Notes under the pieces: generated by a model | Seen by the model: the letters and a program-made list of their open reading frames with translations, nothing else | Database searches by the model: none | Told to the model about the DNA's origin: nothing | Source of the DNA: Desulfobulbus propionicus DSM 2032 | GTDB lineage: Bacteria; Desulfobacterota; Desulfobulbia; Desulfobulbales; Desulfobulbaceae | DNA: 32,000 nt | Assembly: GCF_000186885.1 (NCBI RefSeq) | Contig: NC_014972.1 | Span: 1,950,001 to 1,982,000 of the forward strand | Reading direction: 5' to 3' | In this document: positions 1-9,275 of the stretch, in pieces | Position numbering within the stretch: the first letter of the stretch is position 1 | Layout of the letters: the number at the start of each line of letters is the position of its first letter | Made by a program: the position numbers and the translations under genes

Positions 1-35
1 CCGCGCCCTTCCAGCCCAATGGGAGGCAATCCGGC

Positions 36-2432
36 TTAGAACCGCTCGAATTCCTCGTCCAGGTGATCCGCACCGCCCGTGACACCCAGGTCGAGCTGGA
101 TACCCGTTTCGGCCTGGGCCTGACGGACCGGTTTGCCCGGTTTTTCCACAGCTACCTTGACCGCGCCGGCGTTCTTGGGCAGGGGCGCGGGAGCGATGAA
201 CGGCTGCTGGGCACGAACCGGCTGCACCGCTGCCGTCACCCGCCGCTGTCGGCCGGTGTCCAGGGTAAAGAAGGCGATGGTGGCCTTGAGCTGCTCGGCC
301 TGACTGGACAGTTCCTCGGTGGTCGAGGCCATTTCCTCGGCCGCGCCCGCGTTCTGCTGAATCACCTGATCCAGCTGCTGGATGGCCTTGTTGATCTGGT
401 CGGCGCCGGTATCCTGCTCCTTGCTCGAAGCGCTGATCTCCTGGACCAGTTCGGCAGTCTTCTGGATATCGGGCAGCATCTTGCCCAGCATCTCGCCGGC
501 CTGCTCGGCAATAGCCACGCTGGAAGTGGACAGCTGGCTGATCTCGCCTGCCGCCGACTGGCTCCGTTCCGCCAGTTTGCGCACCTCGGAGGCCACCACC
601 GCGAATCCCTTGCCGTGCTCGCCGGCCCGCGCCGCCTCGATGGCCGCGTTGAGGGCGAGCAGATTGGTCTGACGGGCGATCTCCTCGATGATCGAAATCT
701 TGGTGGCGATCTGTTTCATGGCCGAGACGGTTTCGGTCACCGCCTTGCCGCCCTCGCGGGCATCGGACGCGCTCTTGACCGCGATTTTTTCCGTCTGCAT
801 GGCGTTGTCGGTGTTCTGGCGGATGTTGGACGCCATCTGCTCCATGCTCGACGAGACCTCCTCGGCGCTGGCCGCCTGCTCGGTCGCGCCTTGCGACATC
901 TGCTGGGCGGTAGCGGACATCTCCTGGGCGCCGGTGGCCACGTTGTCGGCCGCAGCCTGCACCTCGGTGACCACCTCTTTCAGTTTGTCCACCATGGTGG
1001 ACAGGGAGACCATCAATTCATCGTTGTCGGAACGCTTCTTCAACTCGACCATCAGGTTGCCCTGGGCGACCTGCTTGGCGTTGGCGGCGATGTTGTTGAT
1101 GGCCTCGATCAACAGGTTGAGGTTGTTCTTGATTTGATTGTACTGCCCTTTATAGACATCGGTGATCAGCGGCGGCATGTCGCCCTTGGATACCCTGTCG
1201 ACATAGTCGGCGGTGACCCGCAGGGGGTTGACGATGTTGGTGACCGTGTCGTTGACCCCGACCACCAGGGTGTTCCAGCCGCCGACAAAGAGCGAGGCAT
1301 CGGCGCGTTTGTCCAACTCGCCGTCGGCGGCCGCCTTGATCAACAGGTCGGTCTGGGCGAGCAGGTCGGTCATCATCCGCACCATGTTGTTGAGATTGTC
1401 CTTGATCTGGTTGAAATCGCCGTTGTAGTTGGCGGTGATCGCCGGCGGAATGACGCCCTTGGCAATCTGGTCGACATACTCGGCAGCCACGTTCAAGGGG
1501 GTAATCACCGCATCCAGGGTGTCGTTGACCCCAACCACGATCTTCTGAAAATCCCCCTGGTGACGGGAGACGTCGGCGCGGGTGGCGAGCCGGCCTTCCA
1601 CGGCGGCGGTGGCCAGCATGTTGGCATCGTCGACCAGGGCCTGGATGGTGGCCACCATCTTCTTCATTGCCGCCATGACGCTGGTGGTGTCGCCGCTGGC
1701 GAGCACGATATCGTGCGACAGATCGCCGACCGCCACCGTGTTGGCAATTTCCCCCACCTGTTTCGGATCGCCGCCCAGTTGGCGCAGGACAATGCGGGCA
1801 ATGAACAGACCCAGGCCAATGGCCAGCACCACTCCGACCACCGCCAGCACGGTCATGATGATATTGGCGCTCTTGGCGGTGGCGCTGTTTTCAATCGAGG
1901 TCAGATTGCCCTGCTCTATCTTTGCCTCCATGAGCTTGTCGATGATGTTCTGTTCTTCTAGGGCGGCTTTCACCACCTCCCCTTGGAGCAGGGCGGTGGC
2001 TTCCGTGCCCTTGCCTTCGCGCGCCAAGGCAATCGCTTGCCCCAGGAGCGTGGTATAGAGTTCCTTGGCTTTCTTGAAGTCCTCGAACAGGCGGCGGCCC
2101 TCATCGGTGAGGATGGTTTTCTCGAAACTCTCGGTGTTCTTGTCGATGCTGGCCTGGAGTTCCTTGATCCGGCCGGCAAAGGTTTCCCGCTGCTCCTGCG
2201 TGGTGGCGGTCAGGAAATCCCGGGAGTTGACCCGGATTCGTTGAAAAGCGATGGAGATGTTGGCCATTTCGCCGAGCGGCACGGTGATTTTCTCGTACAG
2301 TTTGGTATCAGCCACATCGAGCTTGTCGATGGTAACAATGCCATAGCCGCCAATGGCGCCGGCAATGATCGCCACGGTGATGAAGCCGACCAGCAGCTTT
2401 CCCTTCAGGGTCATGTTGTCAAACCAGGTCAT
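36..2432 (-). CDS. Methyl-accepting chemotaxis protein with repeated HAMP-like modules and a C-terminal tail ending DEEFERF
   Basis: ORF 36..2510. The preferred start is ATG at 2432 ([12 protein letters not shown]), preceded by GGAGG. It has two TM segments, a four-helix-like sensor, repeated HAMP-like modules and the canonical tip [36 protein letters not shown]. Confidence 0.95.
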   Translation of the reverse strand: MTWFDNMTLKGKLLVGFITVAIIAGAIGGYGIVTIDKLDVADTKLYEKITVPLGEMANISIAFQRIRVNSRDFLTATTQEQRETFAGRIKELQASIDKNTESFEKTILTDEGRRLFEDFKKAKELYTTLLGQAIALAREGKGTEATALLQGEVVKAALEEQNIIDKLMEAKIEQGNLTSIENSATAKSANIIMTVLAVVGVVLAIGLGLFIARIVLRQLGGDPKQVGEIANTVAVGDLSHDIVLASGDTTSVMAAMKKMVATIQALVDDANMLATAAVEGRLATRADVSRHQGDFQKIVVGVNDTLDAVITPLNVAAEYVDQIAKGVIPPAITANYNGDFNQIKDNLNNMVRMMTDLLAQTDLLIKAAADGELDKRADASLFVGGWNTLVVGVNDTVTNIVNPLRVTADYVDRVSKGDMPPLITDVYKGQYNQIKNNLNLLIEAINNIAANAKQVAQGNLMVELKKRSDNDELMVSLSTMVDKLKEVVTEVQAAADNVATGAQEMSATAQQMSQGATEQAASAEEVSSSMEQMASNIRQNTDNAMQTEKIAVKSASDAREGGKAVTETVSAMKQIATKISIIEEIARQTNLLALNAAIEAARAGEHGKGFAVVASEVRKLAERSQSAAGEISQLSTSSVAIAEQAGEMLGKMLPDIQKTAELVQEISASSKEQDTGADQINKAIQQLDQVIQQNAGAAEEMASTTEELSSQAEQLKATIAFFTLDTGRQRRVTAAVQPVRAQQPFIAPAPLPKNAGAVKVAVEKPGKPVRQAQAETGIQLDLGVTGGADHLDEEFERF

Positions 2433-2633
2433 CCTATTTCCTCCAGAATTGTGGGCAATGTGCGTATTGCCAAGCTGAGCGTTCAGGGGCGCTCGTTTCC
2501 TGCTGATCAAGACGTTTCCTGAACGCCTTGGGTCTGTTGGGTCAGGGCAGGGGACTGTTCCCCGCGCCTGTTGAACAATTGCCGCATCCCGCCGTGCGCA
2601 AGGGGCACGGCTGGAACTGTCCCGGCCGCACGG

Positions 2634-4742
2634 TCACGGCTTCCTCTGTTCGGCGGTTTCCGCCATCCGCACCAGGTCGGCTGGCGAGAGGATCAGGGCC
2701 ACCGAACCGTCGCCGAGGATGGTGGCCCCGGAGATGCCCCGCACATCCTGGTAGAGGATGCCAAGCGGCTTGATCACTGTCTGGTGTTCGCCGACAACGA
2801 AATCGACCACGAAGCCGATCCGCACGCCCTGGACCGCAACAATGACGATCTGCTCGATCTCCGGCCGGGTGCCGTTGATGGCGAACTGGTCGCGCAAACG
2901 GATATAGGGGGTGAGGTGGCCGCGTACGTTGGCCAGGTTGCGGCCATGGGAGGCCTCGACATCGGCCCGGGACAGCTCCACGCATTCCTCGATCGGCGCC
3001 AGCGGCAGGACGAAATGGCTGTCGCCAACCTGCACCAGCAGGCTCTCGATGATCGCCAGGGTCAGGGGGATCTTGAGGGTGATGGTGGTGCCCCGGCCCA
3101 GTTCGCTGTCGACCGCGATGGTGCCGCGCAGTCCCTCGATGCCGCGTTTGACCACGTCCATGCCGACTCCCCGGCCGGACACGCTGGTAATCTGATCCGC
3201 CGTGGAAAATCCGGGGGTAAAGATGCACGCGAAAATCTCCTGGTCGCCCAGCTCGGCGTTGGCGGAGAGCAGCCCCAGCCTGACCGCCTTGGCGCGGACC
3301 GCTGCGGGGTCGATGCCCTTGCCGTCGTCGTGGATGGTGATCAACACCGAGTCGCCGGCGTGCTCGGCCCCGAGGCGAATGGTTCCGGTGGTCGGCTTGC
3401 CGGCGGCCATCCGCTCGGCCGGCGCCTCGATGCCGTGATCGATGCTGTTGCGGATGATGTGCACCAGTGGATCGTTGAGCTTTTCGATCACCGTCTTGTC
3501 CAGTTCGGTGTCGGCGCCAAAGGTCTCCATCTCGATCTCCTTGCCCAATTCCCGGGAGAGATCGCGCACCAGCCGCTTGAACTTGCTGAAGGTGCTGCCG
3601 ATGGGCAGCATGCGGATGTTGAGCGCCGTGTCGCGCAGTTCGTTGGTCAGCCGTTCCACTTCCTCGGCGATGGCGATGTAGGTGGCATCGCCGAGAGCGT
3701 TGGAGACCTGCGACAGCCGCGCCTGGACCGTGACCATTTCCCCGACCAGATTCACCAGCTGATCGAGCTTCTCGGCCGGAACCCGGATGCTGGCCGCGGA
3801 TTCGGTGTTGGCCTGTTCCTGTCTCGTTTTGCGGACATGCTGCTGTTCGTCGAGGGCGGCCGCGACCTTGTCCGGACTGACCATCCCCCCGTCCACCAGC
3901 AGCTCGCCAAGCGGTTTCTGGTGCCGCAGCACCTCGTCCAGGGCCTCTGGAGCCAAATCGCCGCGTTCGATCAGGATTTCGCCCAACCGCTTGTACTCGG
4001 GCTGCCGGTCCTCCAAGGCTGGTTCGTCGATCAGCTCGATATTGAGCTGACAGTCATCCTCGACAAAAAGGAACACGTCGCGGATGGCCTCCTCGCCGCG
4101 AACGGTGCTCAGGACGATGTCCCAGGAGAGGTAGCAGTGTTCGCCCACAAAAGAATCGAGCGGCGGAACGGCGTCGAATTGGGCGGTGACCAGGCAGGTG
4201 CCCAATTCGCGCAATTCGTTGATCAGGGCCAGGGGGTTGCTGCCGCACAGCAGCATCTCGCGGTGCGGCTGAAAACGAATGCGCCAGGTCTGAAGCGGGG
4301 CACGCTCCACCTCGTCCGCCTGGGCGGCCAGCGGCACCGCTTCAGCCCCGCGATGGAGTACAGACGGTGGGAGCAGCCGACGCAGGCCATCGATCAGCTG
4401 GTCGCCGGTGCCGCGTTCCACCGGCATGCCCTCCGTGGCGGTCGCAAGCAGCATGGAAATATGGTCGCGGGACCGGAGCGTCAGGTCGAGCAGCTCCTTG
4501 GTCACCACCATCCGGCCGTTGCGCACCAGGTCGAACACGGTCTCCACCTCATGGGTAAAGGCGGCGATCTCGTCGAAGCCGAACATCGCCCCGGACCCCT
4601 TGATGGTGTGCATGGCCCGAAACACGCGATCGATCAGTTCCCGGTCGTCCGGCCGTGTTTCAAGATCGAGCAGCGAGGTTTCCAGTTCGGCCAGCAGTTC
4701 GGCGGCTTCTTCGCGATAGGTCGCAATATGATCTTCGAACAT
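2634..4742 (-). CDS. cheA: Chemotaxis histidine kinase CheA (HPt, linker modules, dimerisation, HATPase, CheW-like domain)
   Basis: HPt motif MHTIKGSGAMFGF; LDQLVNLVGEMVTVQARL; LVHIIRNSIDHGIE; DDGKGIDP; GRGVGMDVVKRGIE; C-terminal CheW-like region. The start may be 4742 or 4751 within ORF 2634..4784. Confidence 0.95.
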   Translation of the reverse strand: MFEDHIATYREEAAELLAELETSLLDLETRPDDRELIDRVFRAMHTIKGSGAMFGFDEIAAFTHEVETVFDLVRNGRMVVTKELLDLTLRSRDHISMLLATATEGMPVERGTGDQLIDGLRRLLPPSVLHRGAEAVPLAAQADEVERAPLQTWRIRFQPHREMLLCGSNPLALINELRELGTCLVTAQFDAVPPLDSFVGEHCYLSWDIVLSTVRGEEAIRDVFLFVEDDCQLNIELIDEPALEDRQPEYKRLGEILIERGDLAPEALDEVLRHQKPLGELLVDGGMVSPDKVAAALDEQQHVRKTRQEQANTESAASIRVPAEKLDQLVNLVGEMVTVQARLSQVSNALGDATYIAIAEEVERLTNELRDTALNIRMLPIGSTFSKFKRLVRDLSRELGKEIEMETFGADTELDKTVIEKLNDPLVHIIRNSIDHGIEAPAERMAAGKPTTGTIRLGAEHAGDSVLITIHDDGKGIDPAAVRAKAVRLGLLSANAELGDQEIFACIFTPGFSTADQITSVSGRGVGMDVVKRGIEGLRGTIAVDSELGRGTTITLKIPLTLAIIESLLVQVGDSHFVLPLAPIEECVELSRADVEASHGRNLANVRGHLTPYIRLRDQFAINGTRPEIEQIVIVAVQGVRIGFVVDFVVGEHQTVIKPLGILYQDVRGISGATILGDGSVALILSPADLVRMAETAEQRKP

Positions 4743-4812
4743 CCGTGGCATCCTTATGTCGTCTTGTCCGGCCGTTGGCGGCACGGGCCGTTGGTTGTCC
4801 CGGGTCGGGCTT

Positions 4813-5178
4813 TCATCCCAGCACCTTTTTCACCACCGCGACCAGTTGTTCCGGCTTGAACGGCTTGACGATCCAGCCGGTGGCTCCGGCCGCCTTGCCC
4901 TCGGCCTTCTTGCCATCCTGGGATTCGGTGGTCAGCATGACAATGGGAATGAATTTGTTGAGACCGCCGGCCCGGACTCCTTTGATCAGGCCGATGCCAT
5001 CCAATTTGGGCATGTTGAGATCGGTCAGCAGCATGTCCACCTTCTTGGTGGTCAGCTTGCTCAACGCATCCTGACCATCGACCGCTTCCACGACCTCGTA
5101 GCCGTTCTGTTTGAGGGTAAAGGCCACCATCTGTCGGATGCTGGCCGAATCATCGGCTGTCATGATTAGCTTTGCCAT
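4813..5178 (-). CDS. cheY: CheY-type single-domain response regulator
   Basis: 121 aa. ADDSASIRQ, phosphoacceptor MLLTDLNMP, MLTTES and KPF are all in canonical CheY positions. Confidence 0.93.
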   Translation of the reverse strand: MAKLIMTADDSASIRQMVAFTLKQNGYEVVEAVDGQDALSKLTTKKVDMLLTDLNMPKLDGIGLIKGVRAGGLNKFIPIVMLTTESQDGKKAEGKAAGATGWIVKPFKPEQLVAVVKKVLG

Positions 5179-5531
5179 GCGTCACCTCCCGTGAGCGCGA
5201 GAAAACAGGGGTGGGGATGCTTGCCGCATCGTTCGCGGCACTGGACCCCCGCACCAATCGCCAGGTCTGTCAAGGACGCCGGAAGCGGCCCGCGACAGAC
5301 CAGCCTTTTGCCCGCTCCAGCGGCCGTGGCCGAGGCCGAGCAGAACAATTGCAGGGCCGTGATGTCCATTTCCACCTCGGGCTCGAATACAATGCCCACG
5401 GTGTCGTTCTCCGCCAGCAGTTGCCGAAGCCGTTGGCCGTAGTCCGACACCGTTTCAATGGTCAAACGAGGGCCTATCCTGATCACGCCTTCACGTGCCT
5501 GGCGTGAGCTGTTCAACGGTGTCTGTTCCAT
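5166..5531 (-). CDS. STAS-domain protein (anti-anti-sigma-like)
   Basis: 121 aa. RLTIETVSDYGQRLRQLL...DITALQLFCSASATAAGAGKRLVCRG resembles a STAS domain. ATG at 5531 is preceded by GGGAGGAAG. It overlaps cheY by 13 bp and the hemerythrin gene by 41 bp. Confidence 0.75.
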   Translation of the reverse strand: MEQTPLNSSRQAREGVIRIGPRLTIETVSDYGQRLRQLLAENDTVGIVFEPEVEMDITALQLFCSASATAAGAGKRLVCRGPLPASLTDLAIGAGVQCRERCGKHPHPCFLALTGGDAWQS

Positions 5532-5994
5532 GCACTTCCTCCCAAGTCATTTCCGACATCCAGTTTGGTGTTTCCGTTGCCCGTAAAATGCCGCACTTCT
5601 CCTCGGCGATGAACGTGCCGAATTCGGCGTCCGCCTGCAGGATGTGGCCCGAAAGCCAACTGTGCAAAAAGGAAAGGACCTCAAGGGCGAGACTCTTGTC
5701 GCCACGGCGATAGCTGATGGCGAACTCTCCTATTCTCAGCGAGAAACGGTCGTGTTCCCGTGCGTGCTGCTCCACGGCGGGATAGCCGTTGGCTTTCATC
5801 CACCGCTCCTCCGCCGCAAAGTGATAAATGGCGTAATCGCTCAACTCGTCGATCAGGGTCCCGATGATGTGTGCGGTGGCCCGATTGACGAAATCGTCAT
5901 GGAGCTTGTTGAGCAGAAAGAACATGTGCCGGTGATGGGCATCGATTTGCGGTATTCCGATCGAGTATCGAGCACTCCACGTTACGAGAGGCAT
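5491..5994 (-). CDS. Bacteriohemerythrin
   Basis: Full di-iron ligand pattern: DAHHRHMF, HFAAEERWM, HAREHDRF, WLSGHILQADAEF. Confidence 0.92.
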   Translation of the reverse strand: MPLVTWSARYSIGIPQIDAHHRHMFFLLNKLHDDFVNRATAHIIGTLIDELSDYAIYHFAAEERWMKANGYPAVEQHAREHDRFSLRIGEFAISYRRGDKSLALEVLSFLHSWLSGHILQADAEFGTFIAEEKCGILRATETPNWMSEMTWEEVHGTDTVEQLTPGT

Positions 5995-6029
5995 GGGGGG
6001 GTATCCTTTTGTTCGGGGCTCATCGGCCG

Positions 6030-7889
6030 TTAAAAGAGATCGACGTTGTCGCCGAATTCAGAAGCATCTTCCAAGGCGGGTTGGTGCGGTGTTCGCTCGG
6101 TCGCCACGGTTTCCAGCCCGTGTTTGCGGGAAATGGCCTCGTGGATGCGCCGTTCGCTGTCCATGGTGTAGCGTTCGGCCATCTGGCGCAGCTCTTCCTT
6201 GAATTCCTCGCTTGCCGGAAACAGGGCACGGGACTGGGCGACGATCTGACGCAGCTCGTTGAGCACCTCATGCGCCAGGTCCTTGGTTCGTTGGTGGATA
6301 TCGATCGAAGCGGTGAGGCGTTCGATGTCGTGGACCAGGTCGTTGGCCTGCCGCTGTGCCTGGGCGAGCAGGGAAGACAGATCCTGCCCCATGGCTCCAA
6401 GGGTGGCGAGGATGGTGTCCAGCTCGGCCTGCATGCCGCCGAGCGTTGCGCTCAGGTGCGCCTCGTTGTGATCCGCCACCGTGGCAAGTCCGACGGTGGC
6501 GGTGTGCATTTCCTTCAAGGCAGCCGTGATGCTTTGGGTGCGGTGGCTGTCCTCTTTGGCCAACTGCCCGATTTCTTGCGCCAACACGCCGAGCGAGGCC
6601 CCTTCCTGGCCGGTGCCGGTGGCCTTGATCCTGGCATTGAGGGCGATGAGGATGACATCCTGGCCGATCTCCTCGATATCGGCGACAAACGTGGAGATGG
6701 CCGCAACGGTTGCCGTGATGCTTCGCATGATCTCGGCCACCTGGTTGTTGGTCTCCACCCCGACCGTCAGCAATTCGGTGATCGAGGCCATGTGACGGCG
6801 AACATCATCGATGAAGGAGCGGCCGGAGGCGGCGCTCATCCCGGAATCACCATGGAGAGTTTCGGTCAGCCGCCGCTGTTTGCCGGCGATTGCGTCCAGG
6901 TTGGTGACGATCCCGGTCACGGCGGCATGCAGCTCGGTGGAAGCAAAATGCAGCTGCGCCTCCTGAAGTTCGCACACATCCCCCATCTTGACGATGTGCT
7001 TCCGAAGCGCGGGTGCATCACCGGCAGCGGTATTCCCGGAGGTTGACGCATCCAACAGCGCCGTTGTTTGCTCCAGGCCCTCAAGGACATGCTCGACCTG
7101 CTGCCGGAACATGTCGTGCGACTGCATCGACTGGACGACCTCGCTGACGCTGTTTGCATTTTCCTCGGCAACCGTGGAGACCACTCCCCCCAAGCGGGAA
7201 AACCGCTCGTTGACCATTTCGAGGTGGGCGATGCTGGCGGTCGCGCTCGTCAGGGACGTCCTGATCCGCGATTCTTGCGCGGAGCCGGCAATCTGGATCT
7301 CGGCGTTGCTTCGGCCGATCAGCGCGGCGAGCAGCTCGCGCTGGTCATAAATATTGTTGGCCTTTTCTTTGATCTGCAGGGAAAGCGTTCGGATGTCCTG
7401 GGCCAGATTGTTGAACTCCCCCACCGATTCTCCACTGTCGGCGCTTTCGATTTTAATCAGCACTTCAAGAATGTAGAGCCGTTTGCTCATCTTCTTGAAG
7501 CCTTCCAGGGGTGAGCCGACCTGTTGCAGGAGTCCTCCCACGGTTGCGAAAACCGTGGATTGGTCGCCTCGTTGCGACTGGGTTTGTTCCAGGTAGGCTT
7601 CGATCTCGTGCACGATCCGCCGCAACCGGTCAATCAGGCCATGAAGGCGTTCCCCGGAGGCTGCCGCCACCAAGTGGTTGGCCGTCCGCAAGAGCGTCGT
7701 GGACGCCTGATGGATTTCCTGAACGTGACGGCCGATCTGCAAAAACTCCTGCTCCGTTGTTCCCGCAAGCCTTCGCAAGATGGCGAGCGAGGAGCCGATC
7801 GCCAATGACCAGGCGTCAAACAGGCTGGTCATCCGCGCGCTGTGCGTTCCTGTATCGTTGTCTGCCATGGGCGTGGTGCTCTGAGTCAT
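6030..7889 (-). CDS. Soluble MCP-like coiled-coil signalling protein with a degenerate signalling hairpin
   Basis: ORF 6030..7979 with probable start at 7889 (MTQSTTP). No TM segment. MCP-like segment EEIGQDVILIALNARIKATGTGQEGASLGVLAQEIGQLAKEDSHRTQSI; C-terminus ends FGDNVDLF. Confidence 0.75.
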   Translation of the reverse strand: MTQSTTPMADNDTGTHSARMTSLFDAWSLAIGSSLAILRRLAGTTEQEFLQIGRHVQEIHQASTTLLRTANHLVAAASGERLHGLIDRLRRIVHEIEAYLEQTQSQRGDQSTVFATVGGLLQQVGSPLEGFKKMSKRLYILEVLIKIESADSGESVGEFNNLAQDIRTLSLQIKEKANNIYDQRELLAALIGRSNAEIQIAGSAQESRIRTSLTSATASIAHLEMVNERFSRLGGVVSTVAEENANSVSEVVQSMQSHDMFRQQVEHVLEGLEQTTALLDASTSGNTAAGDAPALRKHIVKMGDVCELQEAQLHFASTELHAAVTGIVTNLDAIAGKQRRLTETLHGDSGMSAASGRSFIDDVRRHMASITELLTVGVETNNQVAEIMRSITATVAAISTFVADIEEIGQDVILIALNARIKATGTGQEGASLGVLAQEIGQLAKEDSHRTQSITAALKEMHTATVGLATVADHNEAHLSATLGGMQAELDTILATLGAMGQDLSSLLAQAQRQANDLVHDIERLTASIDIHQRTKDLAHEVLNELRQIVAQSRALFPASEEFKEELRQMAERYTMDSERRIHEAISRKHGLETVATERTPHQPALEDASEFGDNVDLF

Positions 7890-8543
7890 GGGCCTCCATG
7901 GAGGTTGTTCTTCGGAGTGGTCCACGTCCCTGCCGGAACAGGCAAATGGAGGGCGTTCTCTCCCCAGGCGCTGTTCCAAGGGGGCAGGGTGCCAAGGGAA
8001 GGCTCACACACGGCAGCGGACGGTCGTCCTTTCCACAGTGATTGGCCGCTTCTGCTGCCCAGTTGAGCAGGTTCCGTGCCATTCGGGGACAGAAGGTTTG
8101 TTTGTGAATAATTTACATAATATCAAATTGTTGCTTGAACATTCCTCGGAAATGAACGGAAACGGTGCTTCCGCCTCGCTTTCCGGGATGAAAGACAGGG
8201 GACAGTGCGAACCAAAAAAGATCACGACAAGAAAAGCCAATGAACGATGGAAAAACAGGAAGAAGGACAACAAGCTGCTGACAGTGCGACCAGATGAGGA
8301 CAGCAGTTATATTGGGCTGAAACAAACACTTTTAGAATGCATTCCAAAGTGTTGCGTCGACAGGGAAGGGAAGGATGCTGCCGTTGTCCACATTAGAGGA
8401 GGGGGAGTCCGATAAAATGGACACTCCTCCCAGGAGACGGACACGAAAGAGGTGGGGGCAGGGGGCGCACGATGGGCAAGACGTTCCAACACTTGCGCGG
8501 CCGGAGAACTGCCGCCTGAAGAAGGGGAAACGGCATGGAAACA

Positions 8544-8580
8544 AAAACGGCCAGTCAACCTTGTGTTGACTGGCCGTTTT
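8544..8580. terminator. Bidirectional intrinsic terminator downstream of tRNA-Ser
   Basis: Perfect 16-bp stem AAAACGGCCAGTCAAC / GTTGACTGGCCGTTTT with a 5-nt loop (CTTGT), flanked by A- and T-rich tracts. Confidence 0.85.
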
Positions 8581-8588
8581 ACTAAAAA

Positions 8589-8674
8589 TGGCGGAGAAGG
8601 AGAGATTCGAACTCTCGGTACTCTCGTACACACGCGTTCCAGGCGTGCACCTTAAACCACTCGGTCACCTCTCC
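8589..8674 (-). tRNA. tRNA-Ser (anticodon GGA), CCA encoded
   Basis: Minus strand GGAGAGGTGACCGAGTGGTTTAAGGTGCACGCCTGGAACGCGTG...GAGTTCGAATCTCTCCTTCTCCGCCA. Acceptor, anticodon, variable and T arms all fit, and the anticodon loop is CTGGAAC. Confidence 0.95.
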
Positions 8675-8726
8675 GTGATAGGCAGGATCACGGCGCCGGT
8701 CGCAGACCCGTCCGACGTGGAAGCCT

Positions 8727-8755
8727 TTATTATCCCGCAAGCCGTTTTTTGACAA
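8727..8755 (-). promoter_or_regulatory. Putative sigma70-type promoter for tRNA-Ser
   Basis: Minus-strand TTGTCA (8755-8750), 17-nt spacer, TAATAA (8732-8727), about 50 bp upstream of the tRNA 5' end. Confidence 0.5.
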
Positions 8756-8763
8756 CAGAAAAA

Positions 8764-9270
8764 TTAACGCCTGCCGCGAAAAAAATCCCGCAGCAGGTTG
8801 CCGCATTCCTCCGCGCAGACACCGCCAGTGACGGAAAAGCCGTGATTGAGCAGCCCATCGCTGCCGATGCGGTATTTAGAGACGATTGCCCCGCCCTTGG
8901 GATCAGTGGCGCCGAACACCAATCGGGCGATGCGGGCGTGAACCATCAGGGCCGCGCACATGGGGCAAGGCTCGAGGGTCACATAGAGGGTCAGGCCGGG
9001 CAAACGGTAATTGCCGACCACCTGCGCCGCCCGGCGCAGCACCACCATTTCGGCGTGTCCGGAGGGGTCGGAGGCACCAATGCAGTTGTTGCCCGCCTCG
9101 GCCAGGATCGCCCCCTGCGCGTCGATGGCCACCGCGCCCACCGGAACCTCGCCCGCCTCGGCTGCCTGCCGTGCCTGCACAAGGGCCCGGCGCATCAGCT
9201 GCATGTCAATGGGCTCCGCAAGCATCGCTTGCCGGGATGCGTCCAACCTGGTCACCATTCCCCCCGACAT
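8764..9270 (-). CDS. tadA: tRNA adenosine(34) deaminase TadA
   Basis: HAEMVVLRRA and PCPMCAALMVHARI zinc motifs, plus AGEVPVGAV. The start within ORF 8764..9333 is uncertain (9270, 9258 or 9225). Confidence 0.92.
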   Translation of the reverse strand: MSGGMVTRLDASRQAMLAEPIDMQLMRRALVQARQAAEAGEVPVGAVAIDAQGAILAEAGNNCIGASDPSGHAEMVVLRRAAQVVGNYRLPGLTLYVTLEPCPMCAALMVHARIARLVFGATDPKGGAIVSKYRIGSDGLLNHGFSVTGGVCAEECGNLLRDFFRGRR

Positions 9271-9275
9271 CGACC

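Noticed and set aside
63-1961. 632-aa plus-strand ORF opposite the first MCP
   Set aside because: Antisense mirror ORF of the MCP. Composition is biased (GHH/LLGG), with no domain signal.
2571-4859. 762-aa plus-strand ORF opposite cheA
   Set aside because: Mirror ORF typical of high-GC DNA. It is antisense to a well-supported CheA and has no recognisable domain (low-complexity, Asp/His/Gly-rich).
7888-8415. 175-aa plus-strand ORF spanning the region right of the MCP-like gene
   Set aside because: No recognisable domain or convincing SD. It starts inside the 5' region of the minus-strand gene and runs through low-coding-potential sequence.
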